Notes under the pieces: model-generated
Seen by the model: only the letters and a program-made list of their open reading frames with translations
Told to the model about the DNA's origin: nothing
Database searches by the model: none
Made by a program: the position numbers and the translations under genes
Virus record (IMG/VR): IMGVR_UViG_3300023112_001138
Span: 10,147-74,146 of that record
Direction: 5' to 3' (one strand)
DNA length: 64,000 nt
Source: a virus
Shown: positions 1 through 9,652 of the stretch, one piece after another
Position numbering within the stretch: position 1 is the first letter of the stretch
Layout: the number at the start of each line of letters is the position of its first letter

Positions 1-523
1 GGAAATTATCATTAGAAAAATACTTAAAGAAGAAACCCAAAAACCTAAACTTAATGATATCATATTAAAAGATTTATTAAAATCTTTTAATAAAAATACA
101 ATGCTACGAGATAATATCAGTGGAGATATTAATGGTATGTTATTAAAAGATGTTGATTTTTATCAATATGAAAGATTACTAGATATGGTAAATAGCGTAT
201 TACTACCACATATTGATAAAACTTATGATTTAAACATTGGAAAAGATAATGATCTTTTACAACCAATTTATTTAAAGTGGATAAGGGAAATGTATGGTGA
301 TGGAAGTTATCCACTACCTGGAGATTTGATAGAAATGGTAGAGATGGCGGGGGATGACTTAAACCCAATCCCTACTGGAACTAAAGGGGTTGTAACTTCG
401 ATTAAGAGTCATAATTTTAATGGTGTAGCCGAAGAACATTTAGATGTCAATTGGGAAAATAAAAGGTCATTAAGAGTTTTACTCCCACACGACAAAATAA
501 AAATTATTAGTAGAAATATATGA
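1..523 (+). CDS. Leader-bearing protein with C-terminal DUF4314-like domain (5'-truncated by the window edge)
   Basis: Frame is open from base 2 (EIIIRKILKEETQKPKL...) into the 101..523 ORF; base 1 'g' could end an ATG. C-terminus GDLIEMVEM..PIPTGTKGVV..VNWENKRSL resembles DUF4314. Confidence 0.65.
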   Translation, partial: EIIIRKILKEETQKPKLNDIILKDLLKSFNKNTMLRDNISGDINGMLLKDVDFYQYERLLDMVNSVLLPHIDKTYDLNIGKDNDLLQPIYLKWIREMYGDGSYPLPGDLIEMVEMAGDDLNPIPTGTKGVVTSIKSHNFNGVAEEHLDVNWENKRSLRVLLPHDKIKIISRNI

Positions 524-1002
524 GGTTCCTTATTAAAAAAATATTAAGAGAGGGGTATAGTGAAGGTATTAATGACTATAAAAAAGTACAATCACAAGAA
601 CACGAAGAATATTTCACCAACAAAAAAATATTACCTTTAATAATAAAATATTTAGATAGTATCATTAATATAGATATGATCGTTAAATCGAATGAAAATT
701 CTACAACATATACTGTTTATTTTGATGATGTAGAACCTATCGCTAAACATTATTGTTATGGGTGTAGTGGTACATTCCATTACCCTACAGGTACACACGA
801 TATATACACTATGTCACATGCGGAAGATAATGATCAATTTACTAGTGCAGTAGAAGGTGCGTTAATAGATATGTTCGGTGGTGAACTAAGTAACATGGAA
901 TTTTATAGTTTAATTTATAAATATTTATTCGATATAATAAAAAAATATATGGATAATGATATGGTTATCAATTATCCTGAAGAACACGATATGGATTGGT
1001 AA
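520..1002 (+). CDS. Hypothetical leader-bearing protein
   Basis: 160-aa ORF, ATGA overlap with upstream gene, N-term MRFLIKKILREG. Confidence 0.75.
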   Translation: MRFLIKKILREGYSEGINDYKKVQSQEHEEYFTNKKILPLIIKYLDSIINIDMIVKSNENSTTYTVYFDDVEPIAKHYCYGCSGTFHYPTGTHDIYTMSHAEDNDQFTSAVEGALIDMFGGELSNMEFYSLIYKYLFDIIKKYMDNDMVINYPEEHDMDW

Positions 1003-2099
1003 TGAAAAGATTAATTAAAAAAATATTAAAGGAGGAAATATCTAATCCTAAACAAGAGAAATATTACGAGTATATTATTAATAATATAATGAAAGATATC
1101 TCAGTAACACCGGAGAAAGTATTTTATACCAGTATGGACACGGCATTAGATAACACTGAATTAAGAGTTTATGTGGAAAATATTATGGACGACTGGAGAG
1201 AAATGGATAGAAGAGGGTGGAGAGTAAGTGATGTTGACAATACATCAACGGATTTCGATGTCGATAGATTTATTTTCGATAAACAAGGGTATAGTAGGAA
1301 AGAAGGTTATACTAACCCAATAACTAACATATTACCACATAAACAAATGCCACATTCATGGGCAATGGAAGAAGTTACATATGAAGTATTAAAAGAATTA
1401 GAAGAAAAGGGTGTAATGGTTCAGTTGGGGGGGTTCGAAGAGTTTGAACAATTTTTACCAGACTACCTAATAGAAATTGGTACATCACATAATTACAATA
1501 ATCAAATTTTCAGAATTCCTTTATATTATAATATAATAACCCTTAATTACTATTTTACTATATCAGGAAAAGAGGCTATTATAAACATGCTATTACATAG
1601 ATTAAAATATTTTTATGGTTTAAATGATGATGAGTCTAAAAAAATAGTTGGTAAACTAATATTAAAAATAGTGGGGGAATTAGAAAACGAGTATTCCTTA
1701 AAAATAGAAAAAATAGAGCCAGAGTATTATACCTTTGATGTTGGTAGGGTGGATGAGTCTACTATATCTGATTTTATAAGTTTTACCAAGGATGAATTAG
1801 GGTTAGATAATGATTTTAGTGTAGAATTAGAAGATGATGGGGATGAATTGGAAACCTTAGCGAGTTATGATATAGAAGATAATAAAGTAAAAGTGTTATC
1901 TAAAAATAGATCATTACCTGATATTATAAGGTCTATTGCACATGAATTGGTGCACCATAAGCAAAATCAAGAAGGGGTATTAACTGGGGATGAAGATGAA
2001 GGTGCTGATGGGTCCCCACAAGAGAATGAAGCCAATGCGAGGGCGGGAAAAATAGTTAGAAGATTCGGAAAGAGATATCCAGAGATTTATGACTTATAA
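1002..2099 (+). CDS. Leader-bearing protein with C-terminal HExxH zincin (IrrE/ImmA-like) metallopeptidase domain
   Basis: Likely start MKRLIKKILKEE at 1002; RSIAHELVHHKQ...ENEANARAG motif. Confidence 0.75.
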   Translation: MKRLIKKILKEEISNPKQEKYYEYIINNIMKDISVTPEKVFYTSMDTALDNTELRVYVENIMDDWREMDRRGWRVSDVDNTSTDFDVDRFIFDKQGYSRKEGYTNPITNILPHKQMPHSWAMEEVTYEVLKELEEKGVMVQLGGFEEFEQFLPDYLIEIGTSHNYNNQIFRIPLYYNIITLNYYFTISGKEAIINMLLHRLKYFYGLNDDESKKIVGKLILKIVGELENEYSLKIEKIEPEYYTFDVGRVDESTISDFISFTKDELGLDNDFSVELEDDGDELETLASYDIEDNKVKVLSKNRSLPDIIRSIAHELVHHKQNQEGVLTGDEDEGADGSPQENEANARAGKIVRRFGKRYPEIYDL

Positions 2100-2488
2100 A
2101 TTTTATCACCTACCTGTATACCATTATTTTCACAAAAATCTAGATTAACCTCTAAATTAGAATCTGCAGTTAGATTATTAGAAATGTTTGTAACGTCATT
2201 TGGATTAGCGGGTATTATTTCTGATATCTCATCTCCGTTAATGAAAACCATTTCTAAGGGTATTTCTACGTCCTTCATCCAAAAACCATTATCTACTGAA
2301 TCAAAAAACATTCCACTATTTTTACCCAAATTATCTCTATACATTAACCCCTGAGCTCGTTCTTCAACGGATGTTGGAACTTCACAATTAACATTTATTT
2401 CCTCACCTTTACCATTAATAATGGTGATGTTACATCTATTTGGGAATGGTATTCCTAAGTTCTCTAATAATAATTCATTTAATTTCAT
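2087..2488 (-). CDS. DUF192 family protein
   Basis: ERAQGLMYR, GMFF, FWMKDVEIPLEMVFI, LEVN..GIQVGD motifs. Confidence 0.85.
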   Translation of the reverse strand: MKLNELLLENLGIPFPNRCNITIINGKGEEINVNCEVPTSVEERAQGLMYRDNLGKNSGMFFDSVDNGFWMKDVEIPLEMVFINGDEISEIIPANPNDVTNISNNLTADSNLEVNLDFCENNGIQVGDKIYKS

Positions 2489-2500
2489 ACTTATAAATAT

Positions 2501-2529
2501 TTGACATTTGTATTAAATATAAGTATAAT
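2501..2529 (+). promoter_or_regulatory. Putative host-RNAP (early) promoter TTGACA-N17-TATAAT
   Basis: TTGACA 2501-2506 and TATAAT 2524-2529 upstream of the 2564 ORF. Confidence 0.55.
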
Positions 2530-2563
2530 TTAATTATTAATAAAATAAATAAAAAAATATATT

Positions 2564-2779
2564 ATGCCAAAAAGTAGACATAGAAAAAACCAGAAGAAAA
2601 AATCCAGAGCAAGAACAGAAAAAGTGTTATCACAACAGAAAGCATTTCAAAAGAAAATGGAGGTGGAATTCATGAAGAAAATGGAAGAAGCTCAAAATAA
2701 AAATACTGAAATTCATGAGGTTACCGATGGTGACACACCAGATGGGGGTAGTGTTGCTTTTGATGAAATTAAAAAATAG
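2564..2779 (+). CDS. Small protein with basic N-terminus
   Basis: 71 aa, MPKSRHRKNQKKKSRAR, A-rich leader, upstream promoter. Confidence 0.75.
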   Translation: MPKSRHRKNQKKKSRARTEKVLSQQKAFQKKMEVEFMKKMEEAQNKNTEIHEVTDGDTPDGGSVAFDEIKK

Positions 2780-2817
2780 TTTTATATCTTTCATTATATT
2801 TATATGAAAAGGTTTAA

Positions 2818-3756
2818 ATGAAAATTATATTAACAGAGTCACAGTTAAAAGAATTATATAAGTCTACTTATAATAGTGCTGCGGCCAAGTCGGTAGAACA
2901 GGGGAACGATGAATTAGCTTTAGACTTCCTTCACCACTCAAATGAAATGGGGATACCTGAATTAAATGGTGTTTATCCACCTGACGTAGATAACGATGGA
3001 GATACTGATGCTGACGATGCAAAACATTGTACATATTCTGACCATTGTGATTACGATATGGATGGTTCTATAGATGACACTGGAGAACCAACAAGAGACT
3101 ATGATTTTTATGGTGTTGGTACTTCTGATATGGACGCTGATGGTATTCCTGACGATGAAGATGATGAATTATCTGTAGATAGGTTTGACATTAGACAAAG
3201 GATACAAAGTGAATTAAATACTATGTTAAATGAGGTAGGCGGTTATGATTCTCAGGATATAATGGGGATTCATGGTGGTAGAGTTCATGGTGAAATAACT
3301 AGAATAGTTACCGATACAGTGGGGTTAATAAAACACTTTAGCGAACATTTAGTTAGTGGTTCCTTATCTAAGAATGATATAATGCTCGGAATTTTTAATT
3401 TTTCTGAAAAAGTTCAACATGATATAAAACGATTAAAAGAATTATCAAGTGAAATTTATATAGATGACGATTTTAAGTCATTAATGGTAAATTATATACG
3501 AGCACTACAAAAAGTTTTAAAATATTTTAAATTATTAAGCAATTTAAGTTCAGGAATAGTGGGTAGGAAACCACAAATGTTTAGTGCTGGATTAGGTGTG
3601 GATATGAGCCATAGTGAGTTATCTTTAAAAATTGCAGAGAAATTATCTAGCTTGGGTGAACACATAGAATCTTTAGGTGAAATGTTCCAAACAATTATGG
3701 GTAGATTTAGTAGTCGAATGCAGGGTAATCACGATGATAGTGAGGATATATTTTAG
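2818..3756 (+). CDS. Leader-bearing protein with DxDxDG Ca2+-binding-like repeats
   Basis: MKIILTESQLKEL leader; DVDNDGDTD, DYDMDGSID, DMDADGIPD. Confidence 0.8.
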   Translation: MKIILTESQLKELYKSTYNSAAAKSVEQGNDELALDFLHHSNEMGIPELNGVYPPDVDNDGDTDADDAKHCTYSDHCDYDMDGSIDDTGEPTRDYDFYGVGTSDMDADGIPDDEDDELSVDRFDIRQRIQSELNTMLNEVGGYDSQDIMGIHGGRVHGEITRIVTDTVGLIKHFSEHLVSGSLSKNDIMLGIFNFSEKVQHDIKRLKELSSEIYIDDDFKSLMVNYIRALQKVLKYFKLLSNLSSGIVGRKPQMFSAGLGVDMSHSELSLKIAEKLSSLGEHIESLGEMFQTIMGRFSSRMQGNHDDSEDIF

Positions 3757-3808
3757 ATACCCTTTAAAATTAACTACATTAACATTACTTTTATTAAAAT
3801 AAAGAATT

Positions 3809-4006
3809 ATGAACAACGATCAAAAAGCAGAATTATACCATTCTTATCTATTAAGACATGATAGATTAGAATCTCAGATAGCAGATATTAAATCTGAGGC
3901 AGCAGGAAGAGATTTAAACAAAGAGCAAAAAAATAAGATTAATCTTATAGAATCTCAGAAGGCAGAAATTGTTACTGAAACTCAGAAACTTTTCGAGTCA
4001 TACTAG
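3809..4006 (+). CDS. Small coiled-coil hypothetical protein
   Basis: 65-aa ORF with A-rich 5' UTR. Confidence 0.7.
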   Translation: MNNDQKAELYHSYLLRHDRLESQIADIKSEAAGRDLNKEQKNKINLIESQKAEIVTETQKLFESY

Positions 4007-4019
4007 TATTTATAATAGT

Positions 4020-4814
4020 ATGTCGATAAGAACTACTATTAAAAAAATACTTTTAGAAAATAATAAACGTTATAATAAATTCGCTTATAACGTAATTAAA
4101 TATGCGTATAATAATATTCGCATTAATCAGTACAGTGGTAAAGAAGGTGAATTTAAATCTAAATTTGGGAGTGTTGATAATTGGATTAGAAATATTAAGT
4201 TGTATTTTTTTGAGCCGATGGAAAAACAAAAATCTATGTATAGTTTAGATAAGGCTATTGATTATGGAAACAACCCACTCATTGACGGAATCAAACAAAC
4301 AGATATAATAAAAATGTTATCAGAATTTATAGTGAATTTTGAGGAGTCTGGTGAAAAAATAGAAGTGGACGTAATTAGTGGGTTTAATTTTGATGTATAC
4401 TTGGAAAAAAATTATTTTAAGTGTACTAATGAATTTTTTGAATTTGTATGGGACGTTTATTTAAAAGATGCTAGAAATCATTGGAACGAGAGTCCAAAAG
4501 ATAAGTATTGGGAAGAAATAAAAGATGGTGTCATCGAAAAAATGGAAGATGTGGAGTGGCAAGAGGAAAACGGTGTTTCATTTGATCAATTAAATAACGA
4601 AAAGGAATATTTTATGTCATATTGGCATTACCCAATGGACTCTTTGGGTTGGGATAGGGATGATTTATGTGAATTTTATAAAGATATGTTATCTGAAAGG
4701 GGAGATGAAAAATTAAGAAAAGTAATCGAGTATCACGATAACCAATTTATAAATACAACTATAATAGACCATAACCTTTATTATGTAATTGACAGGGATA
4801 AGTTCCTATTTTAA
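4020..4814 (+). CDS. Hypothetical leader-bearing protein
   Basis: Likely start MSIRTTIKKILLEN at 4020, 6 nt after TATTTAT. Confidence 0.75.
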   Translation: MSIRTTIKKILLENNKRYNKFAYNVIKYAYNNIRINQYSGKEGEFKSKFGSVDNWIRNIKLYFFEPMEKQKSMYSLDKAIDYGNNPLIDGIKQTDIIKMLSEFIVNFEESGEKIEVDVISGFNFDVYLEKNYFKCTNEFFEFVWDVYLKDARNHWNESPKDKYWEEIKDGVIEKMEDVEWQEENGVSFDQLNNEKEYFMSYWHYPMDSLGWDRDDLCEFYKDMLSERGDEKLRKVIEYHDNQFINTTIIDHNLYYVIDRDKFLF

Positions 4815-5228
4815 CCTTTTTATACGTCTTAATGCGTTTTTTGACTCATTTGTTACCTTACTACCCTTACTTAAGTTCTCCTCATAGGGTATAAACCTTA
4901 AATTTTTGATGTTTCCTACCTTTTCTGGTGGGATTTTCTCTTTAAAACCCATCGCAATAGGGTAAATGTGATCTAAATGATGGTTTTTCCATCCTCTTTT
5001 GTCAGAATTCTCCAATAAATAGAGTTTTTGTCCTTCTGTAACCTCCCAAACCATAGCATAATACAATTTCTTCTCTAAATCCTTAATTTTTTTGATTTTT
5101 TGTTTGATTTTAGGGTGTTTTTTGGTAATTTTACGTATTTTATACCTATTTTTATCCCTTTTTCGTTGATTTAAGGGTGTTTTAGGGGTATTTTTACCTT
5201 TTTTAGTATTTTTGGGTGGAATATTCAT
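4806..5228 (-). CDS. HNH-family endonuclease
   Basis: HHLDHIYPI...NLRFIPYEENLSKGSK; very basic N-terminus. Confidence 0.7.
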   Translation of the reverse strand: MNIPPKNTKKGKNTPKTPLNQRKRDKNRYKIRKITKKHPKIKQKIKKIKDLEKKLYYAMVWEVTEGQKLYLLENSDKRGWKNHHLDHIYPIAMGFKEKIPPEKVGNIKNLRFIPYEENLSKGSKVTNESKNALRRIKRLK

Positions 5229-5246
5229 ATATTTAAATAAATAACT

Positions 5247-5260
5247 ATATTTATAAATAT
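5247..5260. promoter_or_regulatory. Perfect 14-bp palindrome ATATTTATAAATAT, putative bidirectional late promoter
   Basis: Self-complementary; lies between divergent genes 5228(-) and 5259(+). Confidence 0.6.
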
Positions 5261-6098
5261 GAAGATAATAATTACCGAAAACCAGTTAAAAAAAATACTT
5301 TTAAATGAAAATCAATATACAAAAAGTAATGTAACTTTTAATGATATATGGTTTTGTAATAAAGTAGTTAAATGTGATGAAAATCAAGATAGGGATGATA
5401 GCCCACTTTATTTAGTACAACAAAGATTAATAGAAGAGTTAAATAAAAATCCGGAAACAAAAAAATGGGTGATAAAAAAGAACTTCACAGCAGATAAATC
5501 TTTTGGTCCAACTACCGCTAAGGCAATTGGGATGTATTATACTAATGGTGAAAGTGAATTTGAGTGTCCAGTTAATATCGGACCAAAATTATTAAAAAAG
5601 TTAGGTTTTGAACCACCAGAAGAATTAACAGAAGATGAAAAAATATTGGCAGTTACATTAACTATGGAAATGTCTAGTTACAATGAAAATGAAATTAAAG
5701 CAATATCTAATGTAATTGCAAATAGATCATATATACGTAATAAATCTGTGGTAGATATAGTTAAATCTTGTAATAAGAAAAACATTTGTCAATTCTCTGG
5801 GTGGAATGATTATAAAGGTGAGGATGTCGACACTGTTATATGTAAAGAAAGATCGTATGAGGATGATTCTTGGGAAACTGCGGTAAAGTATGCGAAGTTA
5901 TTGTTGTCGGGTGCAAACTTTTCAGATAATACTAATGGTGCAACACATTATTATAACCCTAACAATCCAGACGTTAAAAAAAACCCACCTAATTGGGGTG
6001 AAGGATTTGATACTTGGGTACCACATATTAAATTAATTCATTCATATGGTAGGGATACTACAACTAATTGGGCAAAAAATCCAGTTATAAGAAAATAA
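5259..6098 (+). CDS. Cell-wall hydrolase (SleB/Hydrolase_2-like) with PG-binding-like segment and N-terminal leader
   Basis: AISNVIANR, CQFSGWN, DNTNGATHYYNP; ADKSFGPTTAKAI; leader MKIIITENQLKKILLNE. Confidence 0.8.
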   Translation: MKIIITENQLKKILLNENQYTKSNVTFNDIWFCNKVVKCDENQDRDDSPLYLVQQRLIEELNKNPETKKWVIKKNFTADKSFGPTTAKAIGMYYTNGESEFECPVNIGPKLLKKLGFEPPEELTEDEKILAVTLTMEMSSYNENEIKAISNVIANRSYIRNKSVVDIVKSCNKKNICQFSGWNDYKGEDVDTVICKERSYEDDSWETAVKYAKLLLSGANFSDNTNGATHYYNPNNPDVKKNPPNWGEGFDTWVPHIKLIHSYGRDTTTNWAKNPVIRK

Positions 6099-6102
6099 TA
6101 AA

Positions 6103-6360
6103 ATGGAAAGGGAATTAGATTACGCCTATAAGATATTCGTTTTTGAACAAATACACAATGCAACTGCAAGTGTAAAAAAAAGATGGATAATATACGATAG
6201 TATTTTAGGTGTCTTAAATGATATGAGGGAAATGGAATTAATAGATGAAATAAAATATAGAATAACTGACAATGAAAATGATGTAAAAGTGTTCAAGTCT
6301 TCTCTAAAGAAGATAAAAAATAAAAATGATACTTTAAATTTGTTAATTAATTCAATTTAG
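6103..6360 (+). CDS. Hypothetical protein
   Basis: 85-aa ORF directly after the hydrolase. Confidence 0.65.
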   Translation: MERELDYAYKIFVFEQIHNATASVKKRWIIYDSILGVLNDMREMELIDEIKYRITDNENDVKVFKSSLKKIKNKNDTLNLLINSI

Positions 6361-6388
6361 TATATATTTATAAATAAAAGTTAAGAGT

Positions 6389-8014
6389 ATGAAATATATA
6401 ATTAGTGAAAACCAATATAAGATATTATTAAAAGAAGATAGGGTTACATTTTTAAAGACAAATAATGTAATTACAAAAGATGACCTTAAAAAATACCTTA
6501 AAGGTGAAAAAGAAGTATCCCAAGATCACCCAGAAGGTGGGATGAAGAAAAGAATTAAGCTTGAACCTATTCAAGGTCATGATGGTATCGATATAGGTTA
6601 TATCGTAACAAACAAAAAAGGTAAGGTGAGTATTAAAGTCACAGAGGAGGTTTTTGATAACATGGTTGACTCTGACCCAACAAATAATAAATCATTTGTC
6701 CAGTGGATGCTAGGGGTGTTTAGTCGACACCTTAAAGATGGTGATACTGATCAAGCAGTTAGATTTTTATCTGAAGATTTACCTGAAGCTAATGAATATC
6801 TTGAAGTTTTTGAAAGGGTTAGAAAGAAAAAAGTATTTAAAACTGGTGCACCTAATAGACCTAACGCACCCGATAATGTTACCGACATAAATCAATATAA
6901 AGATTTGGCACATCTCTACTCCATTGTTAGCCCATTTATCGGCGCTGATGAAGAAGATGAGGATGATGGAGTAAGCCCTATATGGAAAAAAATGAAAAAG
7001 TATATTGATCTTGGACATGCTAGGTTAGCGTATAGAGATAATGACGTATTAGTTTATATTCCAGATACTATAGAATCTAGTTGTGACCCATTAGGTAATT
7101 TAGCTTCATGGTGTACGAGAAGAGAAGGGAATTCTTATTTTAAATCTTACCGAGAAGGGAATAAAAAACCAGATGGTAGTAATTCAGATTTATATGTAGT
7201 TATACCTAAAGAAGTTTTTGAAGGTGATGACGTTGGTGGGAGGTTTCCATTACAATTCCATTTTGAAACTGGACAATTACATGATAAAAACAATTCATCT
7301 ATAGAAAATGATTTTAATAATTTAATGAGTAATTATAGTGGGGCAAAGGAATTCTTTAAAAGAGAGTTAGGGGTATTAGCAACTGGAGATATTGAGCAAG
7401 GATCTGGATTAATGGATAGTAGGTATTTAAAGTACCTTAATAAGTTCGGTGGTAAAGCAAAAGATGTAATGACTGATGCTACATATAAAAAAGGTGTAGA
7501 ATCTATTAGAAAATTAGCATCAGAACAAACAGGACAACTTCAAAATAATAAGTATTTAAAGTGGTTAATGGAAAATACTGATGGTGTGCAAATAACGGAT
7601 TATTTGGATCCTAGTGTGGAGGTATTAGATTTTAGTAATATGGAATTAACAGAGCTTCCAGACATCTCGAACTTCGTCAAGGTAACTAGACTTTCAGCTA
7701 ATCAGTGTGGGTTAGTTAAATTACCACCTGTTAATTATTTACCTAAAAGTATTGAGGTTTTAACTATGACAGGAAATCAAATTAAAGAGGTTCCACTGAA
7801 AGATTATGGGACATTAACTAATTGTTTTGTAATGAATTTTGGTGACAACCCAGTTACAAAAATAAATGTGGAGGTACTGGAGAAATTGGTTAGGGAGGCG
7901 TTAGCTAGATTTGTATTAGCAAGTGTTAACTTAGATAATCTTTCACCTGAAAATCTTGCACAATATAGGAGGTTTGAGGAAGATCCCGATAGTATAGGAT
8001 ATTTAGTGGCGTAA
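6389..8014 (+). CDS. Leader-bearing protein with C-terminal leucine-rich repeats
   Basis: MKYIISENQYKILLKED; LDFSNMELTELP / LSANQCGLVKLP / LTMTGNQIKEVP / MNFGDNPVTKI; central SWCT..YF..Y..QFHF block. Confidence 0.8.
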   Translation: MKYIISENQYKILLKEDRVTFLKTNNVITKDDLKKYLKGEKEVSQDHPEGGMKKRIKLEPIQGHDGIDIGYIVTNKKGKVSIKVTEEVFDNMVDSDPTNNKSFVQWMLGVFSRHLKDGDTDQAVRFLSEDLPEANEYLEVFERVRKKKVFKTGAPNRPNAPDNVTDINQYKDLAHLYSIVSPFIGADEEDEDDGVSPIWKKMKKYIDLGHARLAYRDNDVLVYIPDTIESSCDPLGNLASWCTRREGNSYFKSYREGNKKPDGSNSDLYVVIPKEVFEGDDVGGRFPLQFHFETGQLHDKNNSSIENDFNNLMSNYSGAKEFFKRELGVLATGDIEQGSGLMDSRYLKYLNKFGGKAKDVMTDATYKKGVESIRKLASEQTGQLQNNKYLKWLMENTDGVQITDYLDPSVEVLDFSNMELTELPDISNFVKVTRLSANQCGLVKLPPVNYLPKSIEVLTMTGNQIKEVPLKDYGTLTNCFVMNFGDNPVTKINVEVLEKLVREALARFVLASVNLDNLSPENLAQYRRFEEDPDSIGYLVA

Positions 8015-8085
8015 ATAAAATTTTTTTATTAATAACACTATATTTATAATATAAAATAACATACTTTATAAAAAACATTAATAAT

Positions 8086-8250
8086 ATGTCAAAAAGAAAG
8101 AAAAAAGTGGTTAGGTTAACAGAAACAGAAATGGTTAGCTTAATTGAAAACATCGTTAACGAAGTAAAAAGAGAAAAGAAAAGAGAAATTACAGAATCTA
8201 GAAATAGAAAACCTGTAAGTAGAAAACCAGTATCTAGAAGAAGAAGATAA
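8086..8250 (+). CDS. 54-aa micro-protein with leader and Arg-rich tail (not in ORF track)
   Basis: Manual translation MSKRKKKVVRLTETEMVSLIENIVNEVKREKKREITESRNRKPVSRKPVSRRRR*; ATATTTAT at 8040; fills the 8014-8270 gap. Confidence 0.8.
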   Translation: MSKRKKKVVRLTETEMVSLIENIVNEVKREKKREITESRNRKPVSRKPVSRRRR

Positions 8251-8269
8251 TCCAAAGTTAAAAAAACGT

Positions 8270-9652
8270 ATGTCTAAAAATTTATCAGAAGAAAGAATTA
8301 GGATGAGAAAACTTATGGGGTTTACCTATGAGGATAATTCTCATGATGTATTGGCGGAACAGAATATTGGTAAATCTATAATTTCTGAACAGGGGGAAAA
8401 AGAAGAAGTTGGAGGAGAAGATTGTGTCACTATTAGTCATGTAGGGAGATTCCCAGTGGATGGTATTGCAGGGTCCGGTGCATTTACAACGTTTATGGAT
8501 AAAATAGAGACCACTATTAAAGGTAATGCTAAATTAGCGGATAAAATTACAAAAGGTTTTGTATATGTAACAGATTTTAGTCTTATTGGTGGCGCAAGTA
8601 ATCATTATGAGGGTCATTCTGTGACACCTGAAAAAAATAATGACCGTAAAAGTGATTATAGTGGACAAGATTATACTGAAGATAATAAGTCATCTCACTT
8701 TAAGAAAAATAAAGAATTATCAGTAAATCGAGCTAAAGGTTTGGCAGATGAATTAAACGGGGAGGATGGATTAAAACGTATTAATGTTCAATTCGATGAG
8801 GGTATTTTAGATAATGCTAAAAATAACGCACAAGGATATATTATAGATACAGGGGGAATTAATGATAAACCTAATAAATCAAGCTGGACAATTAATGGTG
8901 TAACATACCAACCCGGTCAAGTAGTTGAAGTTAGTATGACTATTTGTTACCAATCAGAAAAACAGGAGGAAAATCCTGAAACAGGAACCACAGAAACGGT
9001 AATAACCAAAGAACAGGTAACAGTACTAAAAAAGTGTTTTAATGGTGCCACAATTAAAGTAATTTATGACCCAAAAGATCTGAAGAAAAGAGGGCTTCCA
9101 GACCATAGTTGTAATAAAGCAGTTTATGATATATGGGCAAATGGTTATAAGATAAAAAGAACACCAACGTTAGATTACGCTAGTTTAAATAATAAAGGGT
9201 ATTTAGATGATGCTGAGAAAGAAGGGCGGAAAAGGATAAATACGTTTACTTTAGAGATAGATGGGGTAAATAGTGAGTTCTTTAATGAGGATATTATAGG
9301 TAAACATAGTGGAAGATTAGTGATTACGGCAGCATGTAGGAAGACAAAAGCAGGGAAATGGAGATCAAAAACGTGGAAGTTAAATGGAAAGAAAATGGAT
9401 CCAAGTGACTGTCATTATGGCGTAGGGAAAATAATAGTAGATACCGCTGAAGGAACCGACTCTAAAGTAGTGGTAACACCTAGTATGTGGGGAGTAGAGA
9501 AAAATGTTGCAGAATTTCCAGCTTGTGAAAATATAATTACTGAGTTAATGACTGATAAACCTAAAGTTATAGAAAAAATAAAAACTTGGTGGAAAAAAAT
9601 AAATAGTAAATCGGATAAGGAAGAAACAAAAAAAGAAGTAACAAGATTCTAA
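8270..9652 (+). CDS. Putative virion protein with OmpA/MotB-like motif
   Basis: Leader MSKNLSEERIRMRKLMG; IGGASN...NKELSVNRAKGL resembles the OmpA-C NxxLSxxRA motif. Confidence 0.6.
   Translation: MSKNLSEERIRMRKLMGFTYEDNSHDVLAEQNIGKSIISEQGEKEEVGGEDCVTISHVGRFPVDGIAGSGAFTTFMDKIETTIKGNAKLADKITKGFVYVTDFSLIGGASNHYEGHSVTPEKNNDRKSDYSGQDYTEDNKSSHFKKNKELSVNRAKGLADELNGEDGLKRINVQFDEGILDNAKNNAQGYIIDTGGINDKPNKSSWTINGVTYQPGQVVEVSMTICYQSEKQEENPETGTTETVITKEQVTVLKKCFNGATIKVIYDPKDLKKRGLPDHSCNKAVYDIWANGYKIKRTPTLDYASLNNKGYLDDAEKEGRKRINTFTLEIDGVNSEFFNEDIIGKHSGRLVITAACRKTKAGKWRSKTWKLNGKKMDPSDCHYGVGKIIVDTAEGTDSKVVVTPSMWGVEKNVAEFPACENIITELMTDKPKVIEKIKTWWKKINSKSDKEETKKEVTRF

Noticed and set aside
7926-8255. Minus-strand 109-aa hydrophobic ORF
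   Set aside because: Antisense shadow of the Lys/Arg-rich 8086..8250 plus-strand gene, which has the promoter motif and leader
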